Origin: Stylophora pistillata
Lineage: Eukaryota
Reading direction: 5' to 3'
Length of the DNA stretch: 64,000 nt
Assembly: GCF_002571385.2 (NCBI RefSeq)
Contig: NW_019218081.1
Coordinates: forward strand, 256,006 to 320,005
Shown here: one piece after another, positions 41,401 to 53,097 of the stretch
How the letters are laid out: each line of letters opens with the position of its first letter
Position numbering within the stretch: the first letter of the stretch is position 1
Notes under the pieces: model-generated
The model's input: only the letters and a program-made list of their open reading frames with translations
Database searches by the model: none
What the model was told of the DNA's origin: nothing
Program-made: the position numbers and the translations under genes

Positions 41401-44400
41401 CAATATCTCATATATGATATTCATCTATTATTTAATTTGTATTTCCTTTAGTCGAGCGTTCTATACATGAGCCCTTGGCTCGGGAGATTGGGTGACCACT
41501 CTCTCTGTTATCGATGATAAATAAAGTTCATTCAATTCAAGTGTAGGCACAAAACCAGATTATCTGATAAGTTTGCTTCTTTAATTCTTACTAAACCGCC
41601 TCCCGGTTAGCTCAATGGATAGAGCACTGGACTGTTGTGCGGGAGGTCGAGGGTTCGAGCCCCTGCCAGACTAACACTCAAAGTCTTAAGAAATAATTGA
41701 GAAGAATTTTGGTTGGATATTCTAGTCTTCTCGGATAGGGATGAATAAATGGAGGTCCCGTCTCCTGCTGGGTTGGGGGTTAGGAGACATTAATTTCCCA
41801 CGCATGAGATTACTGTGTGATGGATGTCTTCCCCTGGGGTGGGATGGGTGGGTACAAAGGAGTTAGGTGTCAATTGGGACAAAAGTTGTGTTCCTTCCTC
41901 CTGCCATTCCCATGGCAAATGAATTAAACTAAACTAAACTGGCCTTTTAGCTTACAGTGATGAGGAAAAGGTTGAGCATTGTAAGAATTTACTTTCCAAT
42001 GACAGAGGTAGTGATGGCAAGATTTCCACACTTGAGGTATGTCATAATCAGAGAAAAGAATTAACCATTTCACTTCTTAGATAATGATATAAAAAAAAAT
42101 AAACAGTTTTTAATGTGGAGAAACACTTAGCTAGAAGCTAGTTTACAGGTTTTCCACCAAGCAACTGAAACAAATGATTCAAATTGAAAATAACATTATT
42201 AAGAATCCCAACTGGCCGAAGGTAAACCAGTTGGCTATATTACATTGCAAGCATGGCCAAGGATTTGAAACTCGGGGCTACCATGAAACAAATCCAGGTA
42301 GTGGCCAGGGCATGACTTGAACCCGGGAGCCCTGGATCACAAGTCCAACACGCTGACCACTCGACCACGCTGCCTTCCATTAGATCTCAAAGCTAATACT
42401 CCTAAATGATGACTATAAATTCCTCCGTTGACTTGTTTTGTGAAACTCTGTGTGATGTCAAAAGAATCTATATCTCTTTATTTGTTTGTATATTGTTTTA
42501 AATTTAATCACCTGTCTGATGAGAATTTACACTATTTCAAAATTACTAGTTAGAAGTCATATTTTTATCAGCCAAAGTCTGGACCGTGATTGAATAATTA
42601 CTGATCAGGAATAGTACCAACTGAAAATAATGTGGATAAATAGATTAATTCTTTTTGATAAGTAACATGGTGTCACTTTTCAGTTTGCTGCCTTCATAAA
42701 ACAGGATTTTGCAATGTCAATAAGTGATGCTGATGTGGAAACGATGTAAATTCATGTGTTCAGTTCCCTCTTAAATTATCTTCGTGCTTGGACTGCCTTT
42801 GTGCTTTTCCCTTCAAATTCAATGCCTTAAACAGGCTTCTAAGGTTATATCCCTTCAATGAAAGTCCTAACTTTGGAACTTTTTCTTTAATATCAGGTTA
42901 CAAAAAGTAAACTTTGATAAAGACAGGGATGGTAAGCTCAGTTTATTATATTTTGGTCTGCTTATTGCCATACAAATGAAACATGTGAACACATTTTCAT
43001 GTGGCCCATGGTATTTGCTCAAGTTGTTGATGATGAAATTTCCAGAAAGCCTTGAAAGGTTCTTTGCTTTGAAACCTCAAGAAAGTGCATTTTAAAGAAT
43101 ACATGACAGGACACAGTATCGTAATAGAAAGAGCAAGCTTGGACATTCACTCATAACTTAATCATGCTATCCATTATGGTGATGCATAGACATTATGAGC
43201 CATTGTGATGAGACTTGGCTGGTCTTCCAGGGTGCATCATGTGGCTGTGCAAAGTTAGGCATGATTCAGAAAACATTACCGGTATTATCCTTTGTTTTTG
43301 GAATTCTTTATTAAGCCTTGGTTGAGCCATTGAGTCATGTTATCATCCAAAATCCATGGCCCTTACATAAATCACCACCCAGGAAAAGGGGGAGGTTTAC
43401 TGGTAATTAGCAATGGTTTGACTCCCCAACTAGGAGAAATGGCAGTGCTTTGAGTGGCTTTATGCTTTGGTAACTGGAAATTTGAATGGGTAGGTAAGTC
43501 GGTCTCATATGCAGGCTTTATCTTTCAAGGTTTGATCAGTGAAAAAGAATGTCTTGAGGGCAATCATGTTGCATTTGACCAGTACATGAGATACTTGGAA
43601 GACAATCATCCACGAGAACGGACAAGACTCAGTAAGCAGACTTGGCTGAGTGTCACAGGCAGCACTGATGTAGTGTTAAGAGACTTACAACAAAGGCATG
43701 AAAAATGTTCTACCCATTCACTCTATTAAAAATATTCTTGCCTCGACTTTTAGGAATAATCATTTTTTCAATGGAGTCAACCTTCATGGAAATTTAACAG
43801 TTTAAAAAAGTGAAAACAATTTGTTACATGGACCAAGTTATTAAACAATTTGTAAGCAGATCTAGTTTGTAACTATAGATTAATGTTATTACAGACTTCG
43901 CTTAGTAAGAAGCTCCCTGATTCACCTTTTCCCTTTTGCAGAGTTAAACTGTTGACAAAACTACCGAAATATTTTATTGAAAACAGTGAAGACTTACAGG
44001 TAAAATATGTACTCTTTGTTGATACTTTAGTTCTAAATTGGTAGTTGATGGAAAGTCAATGGCTAGTTGTTTAATAGTTGATCAATAATGGGCCAGTATT
44101 ACACCAATGGTGGACCAATGTCTCAATATCCCCATCTCAATATTCTGCTGATGTCACCTCTTAAGGGAGACACCAACTAATCAGCAGACCATCTTTTGAC
44201 AACCGATGGACTTTCAACTGATCCACTGATTGATATTGATGCATTAATTGATGTATCAATCAGCTATCAACTTATTCATTGACAAAGGTTACTATTTATA
44301 CACAAGATCTGTGAAGTGACAATTTAGCAAAGTATGTATCATGCCTGTGCCTTGCTTATTAACAAAGGGTTGTTTACCTTTTTTGCTCAGGTTGTCCAGT

Positions 44401-45622
44401 ATGGTGTTCATGGTCACTATCACGCGCATTATGACTCTACAAATGAATGGAATGGTCAGGCTTCACGATGTTGTTTGGGGAATTACTCCGATCACTGCAG
44501 CTTGTGTAGGTTAGTAAGTCTACGTTATGAACCGCATCTAACCAGTCCTACATAATTTTTCAGATGTCCTTGATTTTTTATGCACCTCATGGTTCAACAC
44601 TATAAAACCTCTTGCTTTATTGCAAATGAGTAGTAGTACTTTTTACTTTGTGCGAGAGACCTTTTTAAAATTACCTTTTTTTGAGATATTAGTTGAACAT
44701 ATGTTGCCCCATAGAGTGGCAGTAGCAACATGTGCTTCTCATCAGACCTATTTTCCTTCTGTCTCAGGTTTATGACAGTATTGTATTACCTTAATGATGT
44801 AACAGATGGTGGAGAAACAGCCTTCCCAGTTGCTGAAGAAGAACATATCAACCAAACGGTATGAGAAGCATTCAGAAAAATTTAGGTGTTGAGTAATTGA
44901 AGTGCAAGGTGACTTAACCAATCCTAGTAGTTACTAGGATTTCCCTTCAAGAAACCATCTTTAAATTGCAAAAATAATTATATTTGAAAGAATAATCACC
45001 TCAGATAAAGAGATGTCAGATGTCTAAGGTATTTTTGAAAAATGAAGTCCTTCTCCACCCCCCCCCCCAGAATAATAACCGTCCACCGATACCGGTGCAG
45101 CACTCTGATCAACTTGGTTGTCGAACCAACTGGGAGCTGTTATGGGAGCTGCTTGAAAAAGTAACCAGCTAAGCCGTGCAAAATCTGTTTTTTTTTTCCT
45201 AAGGCCACTTAACGTGCATGAAAGGAATTAGCGACTGAGCGAAAGTTGCGTGAATATTGAGGGCAGGAGGAGCGAACGAGCAGCGCCCAAATTTTGCGCG
45301 TTTAATTTAGAACCCACCGTGTCAACTTGATTTTTCTTACCACTAGGGTTATGTTCTACTTAATACTTGAAATTGTGTATAGGAAATTGAAAAGGAAGAC
45401 CGGACAAATTTGAGCATCCACTGTTAGGACGCCAATGTGGTTGTTCGTCCTGCGAGAGGCAAAGCTGTAATGTGGTACAATCACTTGATCAGTAATGTGA
45501 CTGGTTTGCTTGGAGAACATGACATGCGTTCTTTGCACGGAGGATGTGATGTTCTGGAAGGTTCCAAGTGGATAGCAAACAATTGGATAAATGCACCATT
45601 TAAATGGACAGATGGCAACTGA
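38484..45622 (+). CDS. P4HTM: Transmembrane prolyl 4-hydroxylase-like 2OG-Fe(II) dioxygenase with EF-hands, about 11 exons
   Basis: LDGIK|VGHVQEV...RSLRPLLF|EIPDFLSKEEC; EF loops DRGSDGKISTLE and DKDRDGLISEKE; RLSKQTWL; SEDLQVVQY..HGHYHAHYDS; YYLNDVTDGGETAFPVA; SLHGGCDVLEGSKWIANNW. Confidence 0.9.
40576..40722 (+). pseudogene. Degenerate tandem duplicate of P4HTM exon 3 and its splice acceptor
   Basis: Aligns with 40737-40880; keeps the TTGCCTTTCTAG acceptor but reaches TAA after four codons. Confidence 0.85.
41345..41540 (+). mobile_element. LINE-type 3' tail fragment
   Basis: GAGCCCTTGGCTCGGG hairpin, AATAAA, and TTCA-type terminal repeats. Confidence 0.45.
41596..41940 (+). mobile_element. 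tRNA-derived SINE family; copies at about 46880-47150 and 60480-60745
   Basis: TAGCTCAATGG A-box and GGTTCGAGCCC B-box; body GATATTCTAGTCTTCTC...CCCGTCTCCTGC...GAGATTACTGTG shared by the three copies. Confidence 0.85.
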
Positions 45623-47749
45623 TGGCGCAGATTAAAATTTATTTCCATTTTCGCGTAAAATGCAACGCAAAATTAAGTCTTTGCTAACCGACAATTGCTT
45701 TCTTATGAATGTTAAATTTGCAGATATTGATGTAGAGGGTATGTATTTTTGCGATAAACGCTGACTTTTTACCTATTCCTGTTGTTTTCTGGTTGTAATG
45801 AGCCCTCGATAACTTCGTCCTCTGGATGTGATTCGCTAAATGGAGGAGGTTAATGGATTAAGACATACAGCTTCAATTTGTTAATGATTTGCTACATTTT
45901 TTTAAAATTCTGTTTCCACTTTAACCTATTCTTGCATAATCTTTCCTACGTTGCTATTTAAACAATATAATTTTTTTGTCGTTGTTGCATATTTTACTGT
46001 AGAACACTTAGCACTAGTTAAAAAGTTAGGGAAGTGTTCGAGTTCGTGATTCACCAGGAAATAACCGCATTTTTTTTGCTGTAATTGAGCTTGAAATCGT
46101 TATGGTATATTCTGCGGCGAAATTCCTTCCTGATTCTACGTCCAAAGTTTATATCTGATTTCTACATTTTGTTATCTAACTGCATTAAGTGGTAAAGTAG
46201 AGTAGAAATAACGCGCAAATTGAGTATATATATTTAATAAATAAACCCTTTCAGGAGACTGGTGTGTCGACTGATGGTGTCCGTGGCTGAGAGATTGTCC
46301 AAAAAATGAATATTTGGCCGAGTAGCGAAGCTTCGAGGGCAGAAGTGAATTTTTTCGGACAACCTCTCAACCAAGGACATTATCAGCCGACATGCCAGCA
46401 AGCCAGAAGGGGTTTATTTATTTTTTAACCCTTCTACTAATTTTCATACCGTGCGTTGGCAGCAAATTTTGTTGACTTTTTTGTACTTTGCAGAGCAGCA
46501 TTTAAGATCAGCTTTTTTGATGTCGCTTTCACTGTACTCTACAAAACGAGTTCGTTCTTCTTCCATGTAAAGTAAGTGAAACTCTTTCGAGCTGGCTTTT
46601 TTCCGCTAGTACTGTTTCTTTTCGACAGAAATAATCGGAGAACAAATTTCGAGCTAAACGGGAATTATTGCGTGAGAACTATCCTGTGATTTTGCATCAC
46701 GTGACGTAAAGTAGCCAATAGAATCGCGCGTAGGTGGGTTAGAACACGCGATATTTGGACAGTTATTGATTTTGTACATAATATATAATAGAGCAATTGA
46801 TAATAAATAACTTTTTACACCTGGTGTGTAGCATCGTTGATTATCTTCACCAATACTCATAGTCCCGGACTAATACTCATGGTCTCGGACAATACTCATG
46901 GTCTTAAAATAAGAAAGGAGAATTTACTACCTTTCTATAATCAAGAAATGGATAGATATTCTAGTCTTCTCGGATAAGGACGAATAAACCGTAGGCCCCG
47001 TCTCCTGCAGGGTTAGGGGTAGGAGACGTTAATTTCTCACGCACGAGATTACTGTGCGGTGGATGTCCTCCCCTGGGTGGGATGGGTGGGTGTTGGCCCT
47101 TAAAAGCCCCTATGGGGAGTGGTCAATTAACCTATGTATATATGTATGTGGTTTGTTTTCTGACTCACCCTACGGGCTCGTCCAAATATAGCGCAACCTC
47201 GTAAAAATACTCAGCGATACTACACACCAAAACTTTGAATGAGATAGATCGTAGACCTTAAGCAACAGGTCTAGCTTTGGTAAGGAAAATTATCTTACTT
47301 TTTTCGCGACGTCCTTTTACTGGACTTTCATGGATACGGACCTTCCTCCGGTAGAGGATAAATATAAACCCCTTGCAGAAAACACCTCATGACAAACATA
47401 ACATACCCCAGTTATTGCTAAATCAAATGAATTTAAGGTAACGCCAGTAATTAACGACAGAAAGGGACAGCGCCATTACTATAATGGGATACTTCATTGT
47501 GTCTAACACAAACACACGCCTTTATGGTAGAATATCCGCTGTTCACAACTGAGCACTGTCCAAAGAAGCGGAAGTAACCGAACAAAAGCGGCCCTATAAA
47601 GCTCCGTGGAAATGAATGCTCTCATGTCTTTTATTTTGGGAGAAATGTAGTCTGTTGAATAATTGGTAAGTACATGATTAAATGGAAAACTTCAGAAAAC
47701 GTTGATTCAATCCCTTTTGCCGCAAAGTTTGCGAATGTCGCGAACAAAC

Positions 47750-48295
47750 CATAACATAACATAAAACCTTTATTTACACACGATAAGGTTTAAAGCTCCC
47801 AAGCTTGTGGGGTCGTGTATACTAACTACGTCACAAAATATATACATGTAAATGTTTAATAAAAACTAACTAAAAAACGTAAGAACTGAAAAGTAAACAT
47901 AGTCGCTGACTCTGTCTCGACGTGGAGATTGCTGTGCCGTCAAAGATAAAATCTTTGAAATAATCCCTGACAGTAAGCCGTTTCATTAATTCCTTGAAGC
48001 TTACATTAATTAGTTATTTTTTTCATTGAATTTCACCAGATTCCATAATATAGGCCCTCGATAGGCTAATGAATCTTTCATAAATCTGCTTTTGCGTCTG
48101 CGGATATCTGCTACCTCATGCCCTCTCGGTGAGTAATTGTTGTCTCGTTTACTAAAAATATTTCCACATAAATTGTCAGGTAATATGTTTTTGTATGCGT
48201 TGTACATTGATTTAAATATTTCCAGTTTGTAACTTAATCTAATTGTTGACCAATTCACGGTTTTCATTACTTCACTGGATGCCATATCCCAACCC
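47750..48295 (-). mobile_element. 5'-truncated LINE 3' end (CR1/L2-group-like)
   Basis: ORF2 C-terminus-like peptide VNWSTIRLSYK...SLAYRGPILWN (48010-48369), followed by a 3' UTR, AATAAA and a (TTATG)n tail. Confidence 0.7.
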
Positions 48296-48809
48296 CATCG
48301 TCTAATGGGGTTGGGATACGGATGACCTATCGTGTATGAAGTCATATGTTTTAAAATGTTAAAACACATATAGCAGGGTCATATTTGTACGACAGAATTA
48401 AAAAAGAAAAAAAAATTGACATGTTTTGCCCAGCAATAGAATGTTACAGCTTTTTATCAGGCATCAGTATGTAGCTGGCGGCAATACAACAGAAAAAGCA
48501 GGAAAAAATATTTTCTAAAAAGTGAGGAAGGTCTTTAAACTCTACAATTCCATGGTGAAGCTATCACTTTATTCCCCTTCACCCCCATTTCACCTCAGCC
48601 ACACGTGTGCATTAGAACTGACAAAATGTTGCCGGTCATTAAACTGCTAAGATATCTCTTTTGGTCTATTTGTACTTCAACAGTTGACAGAATTTGTGGG
48701 AAAATTGTCTAGAAAATATTTAAGTTTGATGTCATCTTGCCCTGCATAATCTGAAGTCAAGATTTTCTCTCTAGGAAGATTACTTTTGAAGAGTAATTCT
48801 GCTGGCAGA

Positions 48810-51734
48810 ATGGACTCCACTGAGGGGAAATATTCGAGCGAAGAAATCAGTACCGAAGAAGTGATTAGAACAGTCAAGACAATGTTGCTTCACTCTATAT
48901 CGCTGGACAACTCAGAAGGTTTTACCATGGCTTTAGAAGCTTTGGAAGAACTCAATATTGGTCTCAACTGGAGTGCCTTTTCCGAACCCCTTCTGCCTGG
49001 TCGTGGTGAGTGGAATACTCCTCTTACCCTGAGTTCAAAGCTGGGTCGGACAAGCATGGTGAGCTCTTTACTTCAAAAAGGTGCAAATCCCGACCTATGT
49101 TCTGATTCTGGAGTTGAGAGATCGACTCGGCGGACACCTCTCCATGAGGCGAGTAAATCTGGGCATCTTCAAGTCATCGACTGTCTGCTGACACATGGGT
49201 GTAACGTCAACTCACTTGACGCACGTGGTTGGACACCAATTCATGATGCAATTTGTCATGACAGGATGGACATTGCATTAAAGTTACTTGAAAATGGTGC
49301 AGATCCAAGAAAGAGCTTTTTCGTAGCTTCTTCAGATCTGAAGAATCTTGATCTCATCGGAAGAGGATCTCTAATGTTTTCTACCAAGCCTTATACACTA
49401 GAGTCATCAATACCTGCGTCATTTGAGTGGAATTGTTTATCGTTTGCTGCTAATTGCCACCAACCATGGTTAGTGGCAAAGCTAATAGACGAATATTTAC
49501 AAGATGCCGTCGAATGCCACAGTTCGTCTCGCAGAACGGCTCTTCACGAGGCTGTCAAGTTACCAGAAAGTTTGAATCTCGATAAGGAAGCTGTTGTCCG
49601 AAATCGGCACGAAACCATGAAAATCTTACTGGATGCAGGTGTCAATCCTAATATTCCCGATCACTTGGGGAAAAACGCTCTTCATCTCTTCTTCGACCAT
49701 GTTAATTTGGCCAAAGTTATCGTAAAAAAGTATTCCAAGATCGTCCTCGAGACAATCCTCTTACTGCACGAATATGGCATCCGTCTAGACATGGCGGACC
49801 ACAAGGGAAGGACTGTACTTCACCAAGCCGCTGCGTTTGGCTTGGAAGAGACAGCGCAGATTCTTCTTAACCTTGGTGCTGATATTCACCGCGTAGACAG
49901 CGACAGAAACACGCCAGCTCATGTTGCAGCTTACCATGGTAATTTTGAAGTACTAAGCTGCCTGATGAATCCGCACGTTTCGCATGCGGAGCTGATCAAC
50001 CGTCACGGAAACACGTTGTTACATTGCGCGATAATGCCAAAAGCCGATGAGGATGCTCTGATACGGGTCGCGCAAACTTTGATAAGCGAGCAGGGCTTCT
50101 ATAAAACGCGGGTAAATGCTGATGGAGCCTCAGAATATGACCTGGCTGTTATGTTTCAGTTCAACGCGCTGGCTCGCTTGCTTATTGACCAAAGTGATGG
50201 GGTTATGGTTGCCAATAGTGATGACCAGTCAGATACCACAGAAGTCCGCCGACATGAACGAGTTACAGGTAACGAAACCGATACCCCTGAAATGAAGAAG
50301 GAAGAAAACACTGTGGATGGCGAAGGTGTTAGAGACTGTGACAGGCATTTTGAATTGGGAAATGAAACTGATTTTGATGATAACTGCGACGACTCTGAAA
50401 TACCTGAATTGAGAATTGACGCCAACACTAACGTCAACGAGTATTTAATGAATCTTTGTCAAGAGTATCGCGTCAGAGGCTTCCACTTGGAAGACGAGGG
50501 AACATGCCACGAGAGATGCAAAATTGCTAAACAGACCGTGGATTTTGTCGAAGACCTTTTGAAGCTTGGTGCTGAGGACGATGGGAGGTTCACTTGTGAA
50601 ATTTTACGCACTGGAAGTGCGTTTGAAGGCTACAGAATCGGAAAACCCGATGAATTCGATTATATGTGTGAACTGAAATCCCTAACGGAAGAAAAATGTG
50701 AAATTCTTGTGACTAGCGATCCTGGGTTTGTTCGTGTCCGAGTTAAAGAGGACTACAGAGACGAATGGAGGATGTTCCTATCCGAAGGAGGATTTCTTGA
50801 CGCCTCAAAAATCAAATCTTTTATGGTGGAAAACTTGTACATGAAGTCTGGTTCGAAAGCCTTTGCTCGGAAACGATGGAATTTGAGCTTTAACACGACA
50901 AGCTATGATTTGTGCATGTTATGTCAACCGGTTATTGCCACGAGCAAGGCTGGCTTGAAGATGACTTTACTTTGGCAAGGGAATGTCTACAAATTTATGC
51001 CTATTGATATTGACATCACTCCAGCAATAGGCTTTCCCGGGTGGCCAAAGTCAGCTAAAGTACCCCCATCCCATGTCCTGAGAGGTTGTGACGAAGTGGG
51101 GTATCACATTGTTCCCAAGTCAGAAGGAGGAGATTCGTTGTTGTGGAGATTGTCCTTTTCCGTTGCCGAACTACAGATTCTACAGAACACAACTACAATC
51201 CAAGCAGCTTGTTACACAGCCCTGAAAATAATCAAAGGACAGACGTCACTAAGAAGTGTAAGATCGCAATCTTTCTCTCATTTTGGCTACCTTCATACTT
51301 ACGTCCTCAAGATGAAGTTCTTTGAAGAACTAGAACGCTGCCAGGACCCAGAGATGTGGCAAGAAGGCAAGCTAGTTGAGCGGATTTGCTCCGTTTTAGA
51401 ATCTACAGCACTCCTTCTAAGCCAGAAACGGCCCTCTCAAGTGGAATCGTACTTCCTGCCAGGGCACAGGGTCCTCCGACAGGCAGACAAACACTTTGGA
51501 AACTTCGTGGCAGTATCTATCAAAACAACCCTTCGGAAGGTAATACGAATGCTGCGCAAGGAACCTGAGACGCCGGCAGAAAATTCACCGGACGACACTG
51601 GCTTCATAATGCAGTTTGACCCAGATTCAGGTTCAGAATCGGACAGTGAAAGTGGTGCGATTATTAACGATCCTGGCACAGTGGCGAATAACATCGCTGC
51701 TTCGCTATTGTCGTCCATTTACAAGAGTAAATAA
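48810..51734 (+). CDS. Ankyrin-repeat / cGAS-like receptor (Mab-21 family nucleotidyltransferase) fusion; single coding exon, 974 aa from ATG 48810
   Basis: About 9-10 ANK repeats (TPLHEA, TPIHDA, TALHEA, TVLHQAA, TPAHVAA), an acidic linker, then TGSAFEGYRIGKPDEFDYM, IDIDITPAI, WP, HIVPK, WRLSFSVAELQIL, HTYVLK and ESYFLP, all cGAS/Mab-21 signatures. Confidence 0.92.
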   Translation: MDSTEGKYSSEEISTEEVIRTVKTMLLHSISLDNSEGFTMALEALEELNIGLNWSAFSEPLLPGRGEWNTPLTLSSKLGRTSMVSSLLQKGANPDLCSDSGVERSTRRTPLHEASKSGHLQVIDCLLTHGCNVNSLDARGWTPIHDAICHDRMDIALKLLENGADPRKSFFVASSDLKNLDLIGRGSLMFSTKPYTLESSIPASFEWNCLSFAANCHQPWLVAKLIDEYLQDAVECHSSSRRTALHEAVKLPESLNLDKEAVVRNRHETMKILLDAGVNPNIPDHLGKNALHLFFDHVNLAKVIVKKYSKIVLETILLLHEYGIRLDMADHKGRTVLHQAAAFGLEETAQILLNLGADIHRVDSDRNTPAHVAAYHGNFEVLSCLMNPHVSHAELINRHGNTLLHCAIMPKADEDALIRVAQTLISEQGFYKTRVNADGASEYDLAVMFQFNALARLLIDQSDGVMVANSDDQSDTTEVRRHERVTGNETDTPEMKKEENTVDGEGVRDCDRHFELGNETDFDDNCDDSEIPELRIDANTNVNEYLMNLCQEYRVRGFHLEDEGTCHERCKIAKQTVDFVEDLLKLGAEDDGRFTCEILRTGSAFEGYRIGKPDEFDYMCELKSLTEEKCEILVTSDPGFVRVRVKEDYRDEWRMFLSEGGFLDASKIKSFMVENLYMKSGSKAFARKRWNLSFNTTSYDLCMLCQPVIATSKAGLKMTLLWQGNVYKFMPIDIDITPAIGFPGWPKSAKVPPSHVLRGCDEVGYHIVPKSEGGDSLLWRLSFSVAELQILQNTTTIQAACYTALKIIKGQTSLRSVRSQSFSHFGYLHTYVLKMKFFEELERCQDPEMWQEGKLVERICSVLESTALLLSQKRPSQVESYFLPGHRVLRQADKHFGNFVAVSIKTTLRKVIRMLRKEPETPAENSPDDTGFIMQFDPDSGSESDSESGAIINDPGTVANNIAASLLSSIYKSK

Positions 51735-53097
51735 ATTTTACTCGGGAAACCCTGAATAGGTTCAGTAGTGGCCATTGTACAGGACTCTGGGGAGATAGTT
51801 GTCCTACCAGTATTGTTTACTCATCCGAAAAATTATTTGAACAATTAGGACCTACAGTCCATTCCACTGATGGGAAAAGTTTTGAAGTGTAATTTTGAAA
51901 GATTTTCAATTAACTGATCAACAAGAACAGAAAGCTTAAATTAAACACTTTATTACAATAATTACAACAAATGATTCCTTTGCCTCTCTATCTCCAATAC
52001 ATTAAATACTATTTTCTTGTAACAGTTACAAAGTAACATGAGACATGAGCTGGAGATGCTGATAACAACGAAAACCAAAAAAGTTGTGGAGGTTTGGGTG
52101 TTTCAAGTCTTCCCAATTTAGTGCACATTGTTGCATCTGTAGCTTTGGACGACGATTTCAAACTCCTTGATGAAACGAACACGTAAAATTTAATTCAGGT
52201 CCCATTACCAAACAAATCCAAGACAACGTTGTCGGAAAAAAACATTAAGGGCACATTTAATGTGCACTAGAGAACGAAAAAGGTTCAAAATAAATTGAGT
52301 GGGATCAACTATTTTTCATTTTTTCTACTTTGTGCTCAGATATTGATATTGTTTCTCTTAGCAATTCCCCACAACAATCATATATAACAAGTTGTAACGG
52401 TGTAAATGTGATTCATTGACTGAGGTAAACATAGCTGGATATTTACCACGAATTGTGTGCTTATCCAGCTATCTTAACCAAATGAGCTTGATCAATAAAG
52501 GATTACTATAATTATGGCATATAGACTACACCGAAAAAATTGCCAAATGAATTCACAAAACCAGAAGCCCTTAACATGTTGTAATTTTCTTTGTTTGACA
52601 TTTGTCTAAAGAAATACACGGACTCTCTTGCCCGCAGAACTGGGCAGAACACTTTTCCGAATAGTGTAATAAGTTACTTTGAACTTGCACATTTCTGTAT
52701 GTAAACCAACTACCGGTACGTTTTATCTTTTTTGCTGTGTGATTATTAAAGTGAGCAATCCCAGGCAGAAAAACTTGTACCCATATGCAGCTGAATAGAA
52801 TACAGGACTTGCTTCATGTCTCTCACTCTCAGAGCCAGCTGTGTGATAAGTATTATCCATGTACACTTTGAGATCAGTTGTCTAACATGCAAAAATCTAC
52901 TTGCTTATTTAGTCATACTATGATTATGAAAAGTAAAAAAGAGGAGTACATCACAGAGCAAGAAAGAACTCTCAGTGCTCTCAGGAATGTGTTTCCTATC
53001 TACAAAGATCTGTATGGTTTTATTCCAAACACACAAAGTTCAAAAGGAGTCGATAGAGCTCAAAATCTTTCAAAGTTGAGACCTTTTTTTGTAAACA

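Noticed and set aside
48786-48809. ORF-track start of the cGLR at 48786
   Set aside because: That codon is TTG; the first ATG is at 48810.
48810-51734. Bacterial CBASS operon, horizontal transfer or contamination
   Set aside because: Motifs are metazoan Mab-21/cGLR type, flanks carry host SINE/LINE repeats and spliced genes, and no adjacent Cap effector is present.
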